DNA of 64,000 nucleotides from Candidatus Bathyarchaeia archaeon (GCA_049512075.1 JBEKXL010000009.1:27967-91966); one strand, 5' to 3'. Shown: positions 20,138 through 30,894, counted from the stretch's first letter. Made by a program: numbers and translations. Notes: a model not told the origin generated them from the sequence alone.

Positions 20138-20503
20138 TTAGGCATGGAGCCCGTGGATTTTGTTTTTCAGCAGCTTGATCTGGGCATCTTCCTTTTGTAT
20201 TTCCGCGTCGATCTGGGGACTCTGTTTTCCTTTCGCCTGCAGCTCAGTTTGCTGTTCCTTTAGTGCCGCTAAACGGTCTTCCGCGGAATGGAACTTGGCT
20301 ATCAAATCCTCCAGGACCTGCGAGCTGTCCCTCACACGGCCGACGACGCCCACACTTTTGAAATCATGCGCATTCTCGACAACCTTCTTCCGATTCAGTT
20401 GAGCAGCAGACTTTGTGATAGGCTTCGTCGTCCCATCTCTATCTCTGTAGAAGCCCACAACCTGGCCGCTCTTCGCCTTATGACTATTGCTCATGTCAAT
20501 CAC
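20138..20503 (-). CDS. Coiled-coil hypothetical protein
   Basis: VGFYRDRDGTTKPIT N-terminus with a C-terminal coiled coil. Confidence 0.55.
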   Translation of the reverse strand: MIDMSNSHKAKSGQVVGFYRDRDGTTKPITKSAAQLNRKKVVENAHDFKSVGVVGRVRDSSQVLEDLIAKFHSAEDRLAALKEQQTELQAKGKQSPQIDAEIQKEDAQIKLLKNKIHGLHA

Positions 20504-20788
20504 AATAAAGAAATAGCTACGTTACTTCTGCCCTTGAACGTAGGGCATTTGGCGCTCATCCTTGTCTCTGATACTTCTCAAGCGCGTCGAGAACCTTGAT
20601 GCGACCGCGCGTGCAAATGATCATTGCAGCCCTAGCAGCGGCAATCGTCCTTTACCTTCTCTATTTTTCAGCATGAACCTTCTCAACTTCAACCCTGTCA
20701 GTGCAGGCACGTCATCGTTGCTGAAACGGCTTCCTTCTCCGAGGCGGAAGAGGCTAGTATATTTCTTCTATGAAGAGGGAAAACGGGA

Positions 20789-23700
20789 ATGAGGTTTAGA
20801 CGGGCTTTCGCGAGTTTCTTAATTGCCATCCTACTTTCAAGTTTTTTCGTGTTTCTACAGATAACCCCGTTTTCTGTTGTTCAGGCTCAACCTAACTCGT
20901 TTCTTTCTGGCTATTCATATTCTCAAAGTTTCGTGGTCAAACAAACCGCCAACGCTAGCACCAACTGGCCAATCGGCCCGATTATAGCGGACAATGATTC
21001 AGGAACCAGCGCAGGTTATCTCATCTATACCAACGGCCATACGCAAAATAATTGGGGAGACATACGCTTTGCAGATGCCAGCGCTAACGTGTTTGGCTAT
21101 TGGGAAGCCAACGATACTGGATGGAACAGCACTTGCGCCATATTCTACATTAACGTGACGGGCAACGTTTCTGCTGGCGATCAAACGGTGTACGCCTATT
21201 ATGGAAATACTACCGCTGCCGCCGGTGTAACGGCTGAGAACATAGCCAACGTAGCGTTCTTCTACGATGAATTTGTCACCAGCGAAAATCTTGCTAACAA
21301 GTGGTATTGCGAAGCTGGTTCGTGGAGTTGCGTCAATGGAGCATTAAATTCAAGCGGCACAGGAACCATACATGTTGTAAGCGGAACTTATGACAATGTT
21401 TCTATTCTTACCCGAATATGCGAAGGCAACACGATATACGAAGCACCAACATGGTATATGGGAAACGGAACCAGAGGCTTGGCAGGAGTAGACAGCCACA
21501 TGGAAATGTTTCCTGAAATAAACAAAGTGTCTGCTTTAAACAGGTACTATCATGGCACATACACTAATCTTGCTCACGGAGCCAATGTTACAAGCAACAA
21601 TCCGCCCAGCCAAACTGTAGGATGGAATGTGTGGCAGATTAACGTTTTCAGCGGCAATGCGACTTCTTTCATAAACTTCAACGTGACGGCAGATTGCAGC
21701 ATTTACGATGCTACAGATCATATTAATTACACTGGATTCTACACTTCAGGCTCATACTGCGCTGCTGATTGGTATGCAATCCTCAACATTACCCAGGTGC
21801 CACCCGTATTGGCGTCGTGGACAAGCGAAGCCCAATCTCCGACTGTCGCGTTGAATACGCCTGTTACCAATGCTGGCTCATATCCCACCGTAAACTTCAC
21901 CTACATCCCCAGCCTCTACGCTCAACCGGCATACAACAGCACACTCTACATCTACAACAGCACCACCCAAGCCATATTTGCGCAGGTTGCCAATTCAACC
22001 CCGATAACAGACGCCGTGGCAAACGGCATTTCTTACACGTTCACCGTTAATGGAACGTACCTGTGGAACGTCGCTGTGAATATCAGTTACGACGTTTTCT
22101 ATGCATCATCCAACTTCACCATAAACGCCTTCGTCAACGGACAGAATCAATATCCGAACAACTACAACACTAAAATAGACCTTGCTTCAGACGTGGGTAC
22201 TCATAGTAACTTTACGGCTCAACAGTCCGCGCCTGACGGTATCTACGACAATTTAACGTCATCGCAGAATTTTGGAGGCAGCAACAGCATCGCATATTGT
22301 AACGCCGCGTCTGGCACAGGCTGGAACAGTGCTGGATATTCTTACGACAATAACACTGGCACCGCCGCTTCTTACGCTGGTTCTACAAGCACATGGACAA
22401 ACGTTTTCCTCATGAATTTTTCTGTACCCGTTGCAGGAAACACCATCCAATACAATATCGGAAATGTGAGTCTATATACGACAATGAATGTTAGCCTTGC
22501 CAACGCGACAGGTTCATGGACGCCTGTTTACAGCAACATCCCGACCTACGACAACGCTTGGCACAACATCACTTTCGCTCAGTCAAACTTCACAGCCATG
22601 AACTTTACTTTTTATTCTGGCGGCATTCAACAGCTTTTCATATATGAAATGCTGGCGTATGGCGATGCTTACTACAACGCTCAACTTCAAGAACAATTCA
22701 TGTTCACCAACTACACGGCACCCATTCGTGAATTAGATGTTTATATGGGAAGCTTCAGCAACGCTTACGCCAATGACACTTTAGGAGTTCGCGCCTATCT
22801 GAACGCTTCTTCAGATGGTTCTCCTTTGCAATGGGTAACCATCATTTCCGTTTTGCAAGCTAATGCTTGGAATAACATTAGTATTCTTAATGGTTCTTCG
22901 GGCATCTTCTTCTATGGAACACCGTCAACTACACTACAAAACTTCACGATAGAATTTTATTGCTATAATTCTGGAACGATTTGCAGTTCATGGAATGTAG
23001 ATTCTGTTGTTCTTGTAACTGCAAGCTGGCCAACAACTCCTATCGCCGCAAGTCACTCTCTCGGATTCAGCGAAGGCATCGGAAACGGCTTCTATTACAA
23101 CGGCACGCACTCCGTGGTCTACTTCGTATACCAGAACAGTTCAGATATTTCAGGCGGCCCAACAACTTGGATGTACTGGATAAGTTGTTATGACATTAAC
23201 GCTTCCACATGGTACAGTGTTAACACAGGTATAGGCTCGCCTCAGGATGGGCACTATGCTCCGACAATATCCGCTTTGCCGAATGGGTCTTTGATAATAA
23301 TGTATGCTTATGCGAGTGACCTGCAATACTGGACTTCGGTTAATGAAGCCAACTCTACAGTTAGCACATTAACCTTGATTTCCAACTGGAACCCAGAAAA
23401 CGGCGCTAACGGCGGCGTAGGCTTCAACACGCTCAGCTACATTCAACCCATTTGGTTTTCTGACAGGCTTGTAGTGACGATGAGGTATGGTGGTGCCAGC
23501 GGTGGCTACCAAGTTGAAACAACCTTAACGACTGGCAACTTTGGCTCATGGACTCAAATCACGAACTGGACTTCAAACATCGAACTTTATACGAGCATTT
23601 ATTGGGCAGCTAACGTCCAACGATCCACAGGAATCATCGCGATGGCTGCCAGAGGCTACAACGAAACCACAATGGGAAACAATGCCAGTGGCAACACCAA

Positions 23701-25057
23701 CTGCTTTTTCTGTTACTCCGACGACAAGGGTGTTACATGGAGATTCGCAAACGGAACATCCTTCACCCTGCCCATTGAAGGACAGCTTCTACAAGTCGCA
23801 AATCTCAGTGCCAACGTATTTGTAGAATCTCCAGTTTGGGACGAAAACGGCACTATGGTAATTCCTTATGATAGGTATGCTAACGGAACAATCTACACTG
23901 GCATCATAGGAAACGCTTTTGCTGACGGTATGCTTGTGTACAGCAACGCCTTGGGAACAGTTGGAACATGGAGCGACTATAATGCTACCGATGCAACCAC
24001 TGGAAATCAGATAGTGGGATTCCATCAAGACACATTTTCGCAGACGTTTTCTTTCGATTCAAAATATGATGCTTTGGCGTTTTGGACGGCATACGGCGGA
24101 AGTGAATATTACTATATACGAGAACCTTACAGTCCAAACCTCTTCTACCCAGTTATCAATGATTCGTCTCAGAACTATCAGTTCACTTATAACTCGAATG
24201 TTGGTTCATCAGTGACGATTCCGCCGCCAGCATACCAGAACATTCTCGCCCAATACATCCTGTTGGTTGGAAACGCCACTACTGCAAGTTGCACAAACAT
24301 CGACACATCGAACTATTACGAGTTCTGGGGCACCCTGTATACTGCGCCTGTAAATGGCACGGTGACTGTCGGAGATGTCTATACCAACTGCTCCGGCCAC
24401 CAACTCGGCGCGTACTATAACATGGCTATCTATTACGCCAACAACACTGGCGCATACTCATCTCTCAACTGGACGCTCGTAAACAACGGCACGGCAGCCC
24501 CGACAAGCAACGCCTACTCTCAACCTTTCTCATGGGTTCTTCCTTTAGGATTTCCCAACGATGTGCGGGTGTACGGAGGGGTGAAATATTATGTGTGCGC
24601 TCGCTTCTACGGGTTGGTTCCGTCACACGCATATCCGAATCTCATCTACGCCGCAAGTTCTGACTCTCAACAATCATTTAACTTCAGTTATAATGATGGC
24701 GCAGTTGATGGAAATTGGCCTTCCACATTAAACTCTTCCATGACATTTTGGGGCAGAAGTCTCTGCATTGCAATCTATAGCACGCTCTGGACAACGAAAG
24801 GTTGGGGTGTGATGGATTTCAGCAATATTTTTACGAACAACACGAAACCGTCTGCTGGGGACGTGGTATCCTTTACGTTCACTGTAGCCGATGACAACGG
24901 ACTTTCAAGCGCCAACTTCACAGGTTCATGGAGTAACGCAAACTCGACAGCCATATTAACGATTTCCAACACGGTTGCTACTGCTACGTTCAATGTGACT
25001 ATGCCTACGCCGGTGCGTGCGACGCTTCTGGAAACTGGGGATATACAGGACGCCTGA
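20789..25057 (+). CDS. Large secreted surface protein: signal peptide, DUF2341-like domain, BNR/Asp-box repeat
   Basis: Signal peptide; WGDIRFAD...GYW...FYINV...VYAYYGN; YSDDKGVTW; very many N-x-S/T sequons. Confidence 0.8.
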   Translation: MRFRRAFASFLIAILLSSFFVFLQITPFSVVQAQPNSFLSGYSYSQSFVVKQTANASTNWPIGPIIADNDSGTSAGYLIYTNGHTQNNWGDIRFADASANVFGYWEANDTGWNSTCAIFYINVTGNVSAGDQTVYAYYGNTTAAAGVTAENIANVAFFYDEFVTSENLANKWYCEAGSWSCVNGALNSSGTGTIHVVSGTYDNVSILTRICEGNTIYEAPTWYMGNGTRGLAGVDSHMEMFPEINKVSALNRYYHGTYTNLAHGANVTSNNPPSQTVGWNVWQINVFSGNATSFINFNVTADCSIYDATDHINYTGFYTSGSYCAADWYAILNITQVPPVLASWTSEAQSPTVALNTPVTNAGSYPTVNFTYIPSLYAQPAYNSTLYIYNSTTQAIFAQVANSTPITDAVANGISYTFTVNGTYLWNVAVNISYDVFYASSNFTINAFVNGQNQYPNNYNTKIDLASDVGTHSNFTAQQSAPDGIYDNLTSSQNFGGSNSIAYCNAASGTGWNSAGYSYDNNTGTAASYAGSTSTWTNVFLMNFSVPVAGNTIQYNIGNVSLYTTMNVSLANATGSWTPVYSNIPTYDNAWHNITFAQSNFTAMNFTFYSGGIQQLFIYEMLAYGDAYYNAQLQEQFMFTNYTAPIRELDVYMGSFSNAYANDTLGVRAYLNASSDGSPLQWVTIISVLQANAWNNISILNGSSGIFFYGTPSTTLQNFTIEFYCYNSGTICSSWNVDSVVLVTASWPTTPIAASHSLGFSEGIGNGFYYNGTHSVVYFVYQNSSDISGGPTTWMYWISCYDINASTWYSVNTGIGSPQDGHYAPTISALPNGSLIIMYAYASDLQYWTSVNEANSTVSTLTLISNWNPENGANGGVGFNTLSYIQPIWFSDRLVVTMRYGGASGGYQVETTLTTGNFGSWTQITNWTSNIELYTSIYWAANVQRSTGIIAMAARGYNETTMGNNASGNTNCFFCYSDDKGVTWRFANGTSFTLPIEGQLLQVANLSANVFVESPVWDENGTMVIPYDRYANGTIYTGIIGNAFADGMLVYSNALGTVGTWSDYNATDATTGNQIVGFHQDTFSQTFSFDSKYDALAFWTAYGGSEYYYIREPYSPNLFYPVINDSSQNYQFTYNSNVGSSVTIPPPAYQNILAQYILLVGNATTASCTNIDTSNYYEFWGTLYTAPVNGTVTVGDVYTNCSGHQLGAYYNMAIYYANNTGAYSSLNWTLVNNGTAAPTSNAYSQPFSWVLPLGFPNDVRVYGGVKYYVCARFYGLVPSHAYPNLIYAASSDSQQSFNFSYNDGAVDGNWPSTLNSSMTFWGRSLCIAIYSTLWTTKGWGVMDFSNIFTNNTKPSAGDVVSFTFTVADDNGLSSANFTGSWSNANSTAILTISNTVATATFNVTMPTPVRATLLETGDIQDA

Positions 25058-25116
25058 CTATTAACCTGCAATTCACAATTAATGAATCCTGGCCATCGTC
25101 GCAAGGCTGGAGTCAA

Positions 25117-26079
25117 ATGAGTCAAAATACGTTCAGGCTTCAGCATTCCTTCATAACAACAATCACATACAACCAATCAGGACACACAGCCTATCACATC
25201 ACAATACTATATGCCAGTCTCCAGCAATACCTTGAAAAACAGCAAGATTCTTTCAAAACTCAAACCACATTCATAACAAGCACTACGTATACCAAATTAG
25301 GAAAAGAGACCTATCATCTTGTCACCCAATATCCGAGCCTAACCCAATATCTTCTGTCTCTCAAGAGCAATTTCGGACAAACCCTGATTATGAACACGAC
25401 CTGGGCAAGCTCCTTCAAATATGTCTTCAACGCAACCGTGCAGTATCATACAACTATGCTGCTTAATTCTTCAGAGTTTTTCATAGCGAACATAAAAGCA
25501 ACATTCAACGTTCACGAATTGTTTCCTGCAAACTTTAACTTCACTGTTCCAGTTCCGGCGCCTGAACAATACCGCGGAAGTCGTCTCATAATCGGGCCAG
25601 GCAACTTCATCAACGTGCAGAACAACCCTGCTGTTGATTTTCTGACAGCGCTCCTCACGATGAGTGTGCATCAGAATATTCTGGTCACGTACGTTCCTCC
25701 TCCTGCGGCTTCTCGCGCTGTCATCACGTTAACCGTGCCCGATCTAAAAATCAATCAAACAATTACACGGTCGCTCCTTCTCAACGTGACTCCGCCTATG
25801 TTTGAAGAGCAACTTGAGATGTCCATGCCTATCTTTGGAGGGCAATATCAGTATCACGTCACAATCGATTACTACGCAAGCAACGGAATTTTGTTAGGAA
25901 CCTCTAGTCAGGATGGCACGACGAATGTTACTTATTGGCTGAAGTACGTTTGGATAGGGCTGGTAGTTTCGCTAATCGCCCTTATTTCAGTGGCCTTGTT
26001 TATTGTAAAGCAGGTTCGAGACATCAAGAAACGAAGCAAGGTCGCATTGTTGTTGGCTGCCACAGCAAAAAGGCGCTGA
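25117..26079 (+). CDS. C-terminally membrane-anchored protein
   Basis: Thr-rich body, TM helix VWIGLVVSLIALISVALFIV then a basic tail. Confidence 0.65.
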   Translation: MSQNTFRLQHSFITTITYNQSGHTAYHITILYASLQQYLEKQQDSFKTQTTFITSTTYTKLGKETYHLVTQYPSLTQYLLSLKSNFGQTLIMNTTWASSFKYVFNATVQYHTTMLLNSSEFFIANIKATFNVHELFPANFNFTVPVPAPEQYRGSRLIIGPGNFINVQNNPAVDFLTALLTMSVHQNILVTYVPPPAASRAVITLTVPDLKINQTITRSLLLNVTPPMFEEQLEMSMPIFGGQYQYHVTIDYYASNGILLGTSSQDGTTNVTYWLKYVWIGLVVSLIALISVALFIVKQVRDIKKRSKVALLLAATAKRR

Positions 26080-26660
26080 GCCTTCGGCTTCCATCCGTGT
26101 TGTCTGCGAGTCTCCCATGACTGTTTTCCTGCTCGGGAGGCCTCTGCAGATCCGGTGTATTCCGCGCGTTTCATGTGTTTCCTCCTCTTCACCGCAGGAA
26201 CTTCTTTGATTGCATTGGATTTGGGCGGGGGTTCAGAGTACCGGGTGACAGTCAACCCTGGTTTTCCAACGCGACTTGGCTCGACGTACTTGAGCAGAAT
26301 TTTGTAATGTTTGGTTGTACGCTCATATAGTTTTGTGGTTTTCTGTAGCACCTGCTTGCCATGATACGAGATCTTTCCGCATTTTGGACACTTGCGTAAG
26401 CTGCTCAATTTCCAGTCGTGTTTCACCCATTTATGGCAGACACGGCATTTGTATCCCTGCACGTACTTTCTCTTTATGAGTTTGACCTTGGACTTGCAGA
26501 TCTTCAGCTTCACAATTTTGATTCTGATCTGTATGGTCCGCGGCTTCTCTCCAGAAGAAGTGAAAAGGCGCCCATGAGAATCTTCGACACTTCCAAGCCA
26601 AGGTGCGTACATAACGACGTTACTGTTTCTTCTTGCCTGCTGAATTTGCAGCTGCGTCAT
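25932..26660 (-). CDS. Basic Zn-ribbon protein
   Basis: CRVC...CPKC, very Lys/Arg-rich; 3' end overlaps the convergent gene. Confidence 0.5.
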   Translation of the reverse strand: MTQLQIQQARRNSNVVMYAPWLGSVEDSHGRLFTSSGEKPRTIQIRIKIVKLKICKSKVKLIKRKYVQGYKCRVCHKWVKHDWKLSSLRKCPKCGKISYHGKQVLQKTTKLYERTTKHYKILLKYVEPSRVGKPGLTVTRYSEPPPKSNAIKEVPAVKRRKHMKRAEYTGSAEASRAGKQSWETRRQHGWKPKAQRLFAVAANNNATLLRFLMSRTCFTINKATEIRAISETTSPIQTYFSQ

Positions 26661-26662
26661 TT

Positions 26663-26983
26663 TTAATGACCTGCCCTGTTAGAGCTCGCATCGGCCATGG
26701 TCCTTTCATCGTTAAGTATCGCACGGAAAACTGGACCTAAACCGCTCCATTCTATGATCTCTTCACTACTAAGGGCTTCTAAGTCTGCCTTGATGTGGTC
26801 GACCACACTGTATTCAAGATAGGCAACCGGGCTAGAACCGTAGCCACCAGGCGTTCTTCTTAAGAAGTCCATTAGTCTCTTTGGGATCCGTAAGGTGACG
26901 TTTTCAAACTCGATTTTAGCAAGTTCCTTCTGTCTCTGTCGGTTCCGAGTTTGCTGATGAGTTTCTACATTCTCAGTTTCCAA
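26663..26983 (-). CDS. Ribbon-helix-helix regulator
   Basis: FENVTLRIPKRLMDFL. Confidence 0.65.
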   Translation of the reverse strand: METENVETHQQTRNRQRQKELAKIEFENVTLRIPKRLMDFLRRTPGGYGSSPVAYLEYSVVDHIKADLEALSSEEIIEWSGLGPVFRAILNDERTMADASSNRAGH

Positions 26984-27132
26984 GCTTTCTCCTCCTTAAC
27001 ACGCGCTAGAAAACGCCGGTGTCCAAGATTTCGCGCATGTTTTTGTGGACGTCGGGAATTGTCATGGAGTAAACGCGGCGTAGCCTCTCGGCAATTTGTC
27101 GAAACTCGTTGGCAAGTGACTCGCGCTCATCA

Positions 27133-27345
27133 TCAGGAAGACGCTTGACCATTTTTCCGCACCTCCTTTTTGTTCAGTTCCTTCAGAATGGCCACGGATT
27201 CTTTGAATCTGGCAAATCGTTCGTCCGGCAGTTCTGACACAGAAAACGAACCATCGATAACATTGAACGAAAAAAAACTCGAAGAATACTTCTGGATCCC
27301 TCTCGAAGAGCTTGGCGTTTTATCAACGGCCACTGGTTTCGACAT
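27133..27345 (-). CDS. Small hypothetical protein
   Basis: 70 aa ORF heading the RHH operon. Confidence 0.4.
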   Translation of the reverse strand: MSKPVAVDKTPSSSRGIQKYSSSFFSFNVIDGSFSVSELPDERFARFKESVAILKELNKKEVRKNGQASS

Positions 27346-27420
27346 AGGCGAAGAATTGTAGCTGTTTCCTTAAAAGCCTTTCTAAAAGGGGCTTGTAAAA
27401 CAGGTGTTTTGCTAAAATAG

Positions 27421-27462
27421 CTTGTAATACCACTTAGTTTCGCAGAAGGACGGTATTACAAG
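27421..27462. promoter_or_regulatory. Perfect 11-bp inverted repeat, candidate operator
   Basis: CTTGTAATACC (27421-27431) / GGTATTACAAG (27452-27462), 20-nt spacer, upstream of 27133-27345. Confidence 0.5.
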
Positions 27463-27582
27463 GGATTACCCGTAAAGAGAGGTAGCGGAAACCTTTACGA
27501 TAAGATGCGTGAAGGTTTTAATGGTCATAGCGCGCGCGCTCTTGCCGTTCATATTCAATTTGGATGAGATTAGGACCAAGAC

Positions 27583-28383
27583 TCACTTTTTCTTAATCTC
27601 TATAGGTGCTTTAATTTCCTTCATTCCCCAACTATTTTCAGAAAATACGTAGACAGTCACCATACCTTTTTGCATGTTTTTTGGTGTTCGCACTATGTTT
27701 TGAAATACGAATACTTCTTGTGGGGGAATAGTTTGAAAGTTATCCGATGGAGCAAACACAACGCCACAATGGGTTTTCTGTCTTGAGAATTTCCTAGGGA
27801 AATCTAAACGAGTGTATTTTGGGTCATCTGAAGGCACTACTTCAAAACCGTCGCCAAAATATATTTCAACCGCTACATTCTTCAATGTAGTGAAACCCAA
27901 GTTTTGAACACGTGTGTTTACGATGTTCTCTTTCTCAGGGTCCAGCACGACCTTATCAACATAATCCTCTTCTGCAATAGCGTTTCCATCGTCAACCCCG
28001 AAAGTAACGAATATATCAACTTTTGTTAAGAGTGGCAATTCAACAACCCAAAAGACTGTAATGGATAACCCCAAGGCGACCAACGTTGGAAGTTGTTCTA
28101 TTGTGAAAGAAGTACCAAGAATTAAATCAAGAATCAAGGAAAACATCAAAGGTAACAAAAACAGCAATATCTGTCGAAAGATTACAAGAATATTTAACCG
28201 TTTTCTGAACCAATCTTTGCTCCTGAGATTGCGGCTTTTTTTAGCATATACAAGAAAAATAGAGACTGCTAAAAACGGCACATAATAAAGAAGTACTAAA
28301 TAAAGCACGTTACACAGCCACAACATAGTGGTTGTCTTCTGTTGCTGTGCCGATTTAAGATTTCTGTCTTCTTCGTACGGCAT
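27583..28383 (-). CDS. AT-rich membrane protein (3 TM plus Ig-like domain), cargo
   Basis: Hydrophobic helices; bracketed by TAG(CG)4C at 27528 and 28408. Confidence 0.7.
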   Translation of the reverse strand: MPYEEDRNLKSAQQQKTTTMLWLCNVLYLVLLYYVPFLAVSIFLVYAKKSRNLRSKDWFRKRLNILVIFRQILLFLLPLMFSLILDLILGTSFTIEQLPTLVALGLSITVFWVVELPLLTKVDIFVTFGVDDGNAIAEEDYVDKVVLDPEKENIVNTRVQNLGFTTLKNVAVEIYFGDGFEVVPSDDPKYTRLDFPRKFSRQKTHCGVVFAPSDNFQTIPPQEVFVFQNIVRTPKNMQKGMVTVYVFSENSWGMKEIKAPIEIKKK

Positions 28384-28532
28384 GGGAAAGGCTGGAAAAA
28401 CAAGTTTTAGCGCGCGCGCCATCAAACCGCTTCCACGACACAAATGTGCAGAATCATTCTTGCCTTCGCGCTCTCCAGCAGTGGAAAAGTCTTTTGAGCA
28501 ACATTGTCCCCTCAATTACAGAGCGGCGCACT

Positions 28533-30179
28533 ATGAAAATAAATAGAAAGATTGTTTCCGCAGCCATCCTCATTGCGATAGTTGTGCTCATCGTTGCCAC
28601 GACATTTTCCTACTATGCTTTCTATCCCAATGTCTTCCAGGTCAATGGGAGGTTTTCAGTGCGGGGACTTGATTTGAGCAAGTCTTTCGAGGGCTCGACA
28701 ATGGCGACTTCATTCTTAGTCCTCAAGACTTTCGATAACGAGCAACTCAACGCGAGTCTCGAGGCGAACAACGGTTGGACCGCTGAATCATTAACGCTTT
28801 ATAACATATCCTCCCAAGAAGACACAATCCTTTTTCAGACAAATGGCTCAGTGTCGCTTACCATTAGCCAACCCACTTTTTTGTTCATAAGCCTACAGAA
28901 CCTGAGTGTTTCAGTGCTAACGGGACCGGCCGATGGCGCTTTCTTCTTGGATGAAGCAGGAGGAAGCCTGCTGCTGACCAACGTAACCATCGCCTCCGTT
29001 CCTTTTCCCGAAGGAACCATCCCTATCGATCTTCAAGTGGCAGGTGGCAGCATATCAATTTCTGGCAACTCTTCTTCAGTCAGTTTGGACAACTCTGGCC
29101 ATGGTGTGGACATAAGACTCATTGCAAGAATCCTTAAGCAAACAAATCTTGTCGCAGCAGGCAGATTTCAAGTTGAAAGTAACATCTTTTCGTCGGTTGA
29201 GGTCGATTGCTGGTCTTCTCCCATTGACACGTATTTCACGTTTGCAGATGGCTTTTTGTCGTATTCAGGGATTTCCCAGAAGATTTCGGGAAGCCAGAAT
29301 TTGAACCTCACAGGTTTCAAGGGTGCAATCACTCTCCTCAATCCTCAGCCGCCTCACGACATCATAATACAGGGCAGTGTCACGAAGATACAGTTGGGTG
29401 AGAGTGAAGTCACCGCACCTACCCCGTTCAGAGACTTGGTTCAAACTCTCACCCCCTACTCGGGTTTCATACTGATTGTCGCGTCGGTAGGTCTTTCCCA
29501 GCTTGTCGAAATGTGGAAAGACAGGCGAAAGGAAAGGAAAGAAAAAGCGAGGGAACTCTCGAAAGAAGTCAAGGACGACCTCTGCGCACCTTTGCTCCAA
29601 AATCTGGAAGACTATTTCGAGCCTCAGATCAGGCTTCGCGAGCTGGGAGCGTGGGTATTTCTCGGCGGGTTTGTCTCTCACAATGAGAACGCTGTTGAAG
29701 TGTCTCGTCTGGAGCTTAACGTCAGCAAACGATTGTTAGTGGAAGCAGAAAGTAGTCTTCCGGACCTGCATACGAAGGTCGAGAAGTTCGCGCTGTTGTT
29801 GAGAGAGTATAACGAAGCATACAAGAGACTTGCAAAGACTGCTGAACCTTTGATCAAGGACGCTGATTTCACTTTGGAGCCAAATCTGATGGCAAGAGCA
29901 GGGCGTTCAATAGCGGCTCCGAAAGATAAAGGTGGGGCTTACGAATGGGCTTTCATGTCGTTGTTGGGTGCGAGTGAAGATGACTTGGAGGGCAGGCTTG
30001 ATGGAAAACAAAAGGATTTAGGGCAAAAAATACTTGGCGAGCTTCAAAAGCATGACGGTGTCATGGACGAAGTTAGGGCCTTCGGCGAAATAGTCGAAAA
30101 GCTGCAAACCTCACTAGCAGATCTCAAGGTCAATCTTGAAGAGCTTATGAAATCCCAAACGATTCCATGGGAGACTTGA
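28533..30179 (+). CDS. Membrane protein with extracellular N-terminal and helical cytoplasmic C-terminal domains
   Basis: N-terminal signal/TM, second TM (GFILIVASVGLS) then a charged coiled region. Confidence 0.7.
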   Translation: MKINRKIVSAAILIAIVVLIVATTFSYYAFYPNVFQVNGRFSVRGLDLSKSFEGSTMATSFLVLKTFDNEQLNASLEANNGWTAESLTLYNISSQEDTILFQTNGSVSLTISQPTFLFISLQNLSVSVLTGPADGAFFLDEAGGSLLLTNVTIASVPFPEGTIPIDLQVAGGSISISGNSSSVSLDNSGHGVDIRLIARILKQTNLVAAGRFQVESNIFSSVEVDCWSSPIDTYFTFADGFLSYSGISQKISGSQNLNLTGFKGAITLLNPQPPHDIIIQGSVTKIQLGESEVTAPTPFRDLVQTLTPYSGFILIVASVGLSQLVEMWKDRRKERKEKARELSKEVKDDLCAPLLQNLEDYFEPQIRLRELGAWVFLGGFVSHNENAVEVSRLELNVSKRLLVEAESSLPDLHTKVEKFALLLREYNEAYKRLAKTAEPLIKDADFTLEPNLMARAGRSIAAPKDKGGAYEWAFMSLLGASEDDLEGRLDGKQKDLGQKILGELQKHDGVMDEVRAFGEIVEKLQTSLADLKVNLEELMKSQTIPWET

Positions 30180-30332
30180 CAGCCGTCAGTTAATGTTCTG
30201 TATTCACAGGTGGAAGAGATTACTTAAGCAGACCTGGTGAAAGGATGCCCTCCATTCAATAGACTCCCTCTAATGCCCTGCCTGGACAAGAGTTATAACA
30301 GAGCACAGGAGAGAGCTGACTTGTGAAAGCTC

Positions 30333-30890
30333 ATGCAGAAACCTGACCTAAGTAGGATGTGGGAAACTTTCGTAAAACTTCAAGTCGAACCAGGAAGAAC
30401 CACGACAGATTCTATCCTTAACACTGTCCGGATAAAGATACCTCCGCTTATATCGAGAATTAATGGATTGATTGACTGGTACTGCTTTCTGGTGCATGGG
30501 AGAAAAAGCGGCGTTCCAACTTCTGAAAATGACGGCAATGCGTATTTGCATATTAGACTTTCACTCAAGCAAAACGTTAACCCCGAAGATTTCCTAGAAT
30601 CGCTTCCAACCTACTGTCTTATGACAAGAAAAGTAGAGCGAGAATGGGTCAAAGACATTTCTACCGGTGAAGGGACAAAGTTTGACACATCGTCATTGAA
30701 GGACGAGAAGATTGAAGAAGCTTGGAGAATTATTGGGGAACAATCTGAATGGCTCTTGAACATGTTGAGCATCTACAGAAACGACGTCCAAATACCGCTC
30801 CAGCACATCGGACAATGGTTTCATTATTTCTTTAACATGACTGGCCTGTCGATCGTGTGTCCTAACTGCGGAAATCCTATTTCAATCTGA
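30333..30890 (+). CDS. Hypothetical protein with weak resemblance to the lantibiotic dehydratase C-terminal domain
   Basis: WYCFLVH..YLHIRL..HYFFNM pattern; C-terminal CPNC. Confidence 0.5.
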   Translation: MQKPDLSRMWETFVKLQVEPGRTTTDSILNTVRIKIPPLISRINGLIDWYCFLVHGRKSGVPTSENDGNAYLHIRLSLKQNVNPEDFLESLPTYCLMTRKVEREWVKDISTGEGTKFDTSSLKDEKIEEAWRIIGEQSEWLLNMLSIYRNDVQIPLQHIGQWFHYFFNMTGLSIVCPNCGNPISI

Positions 30891-30894
30891 AGCG

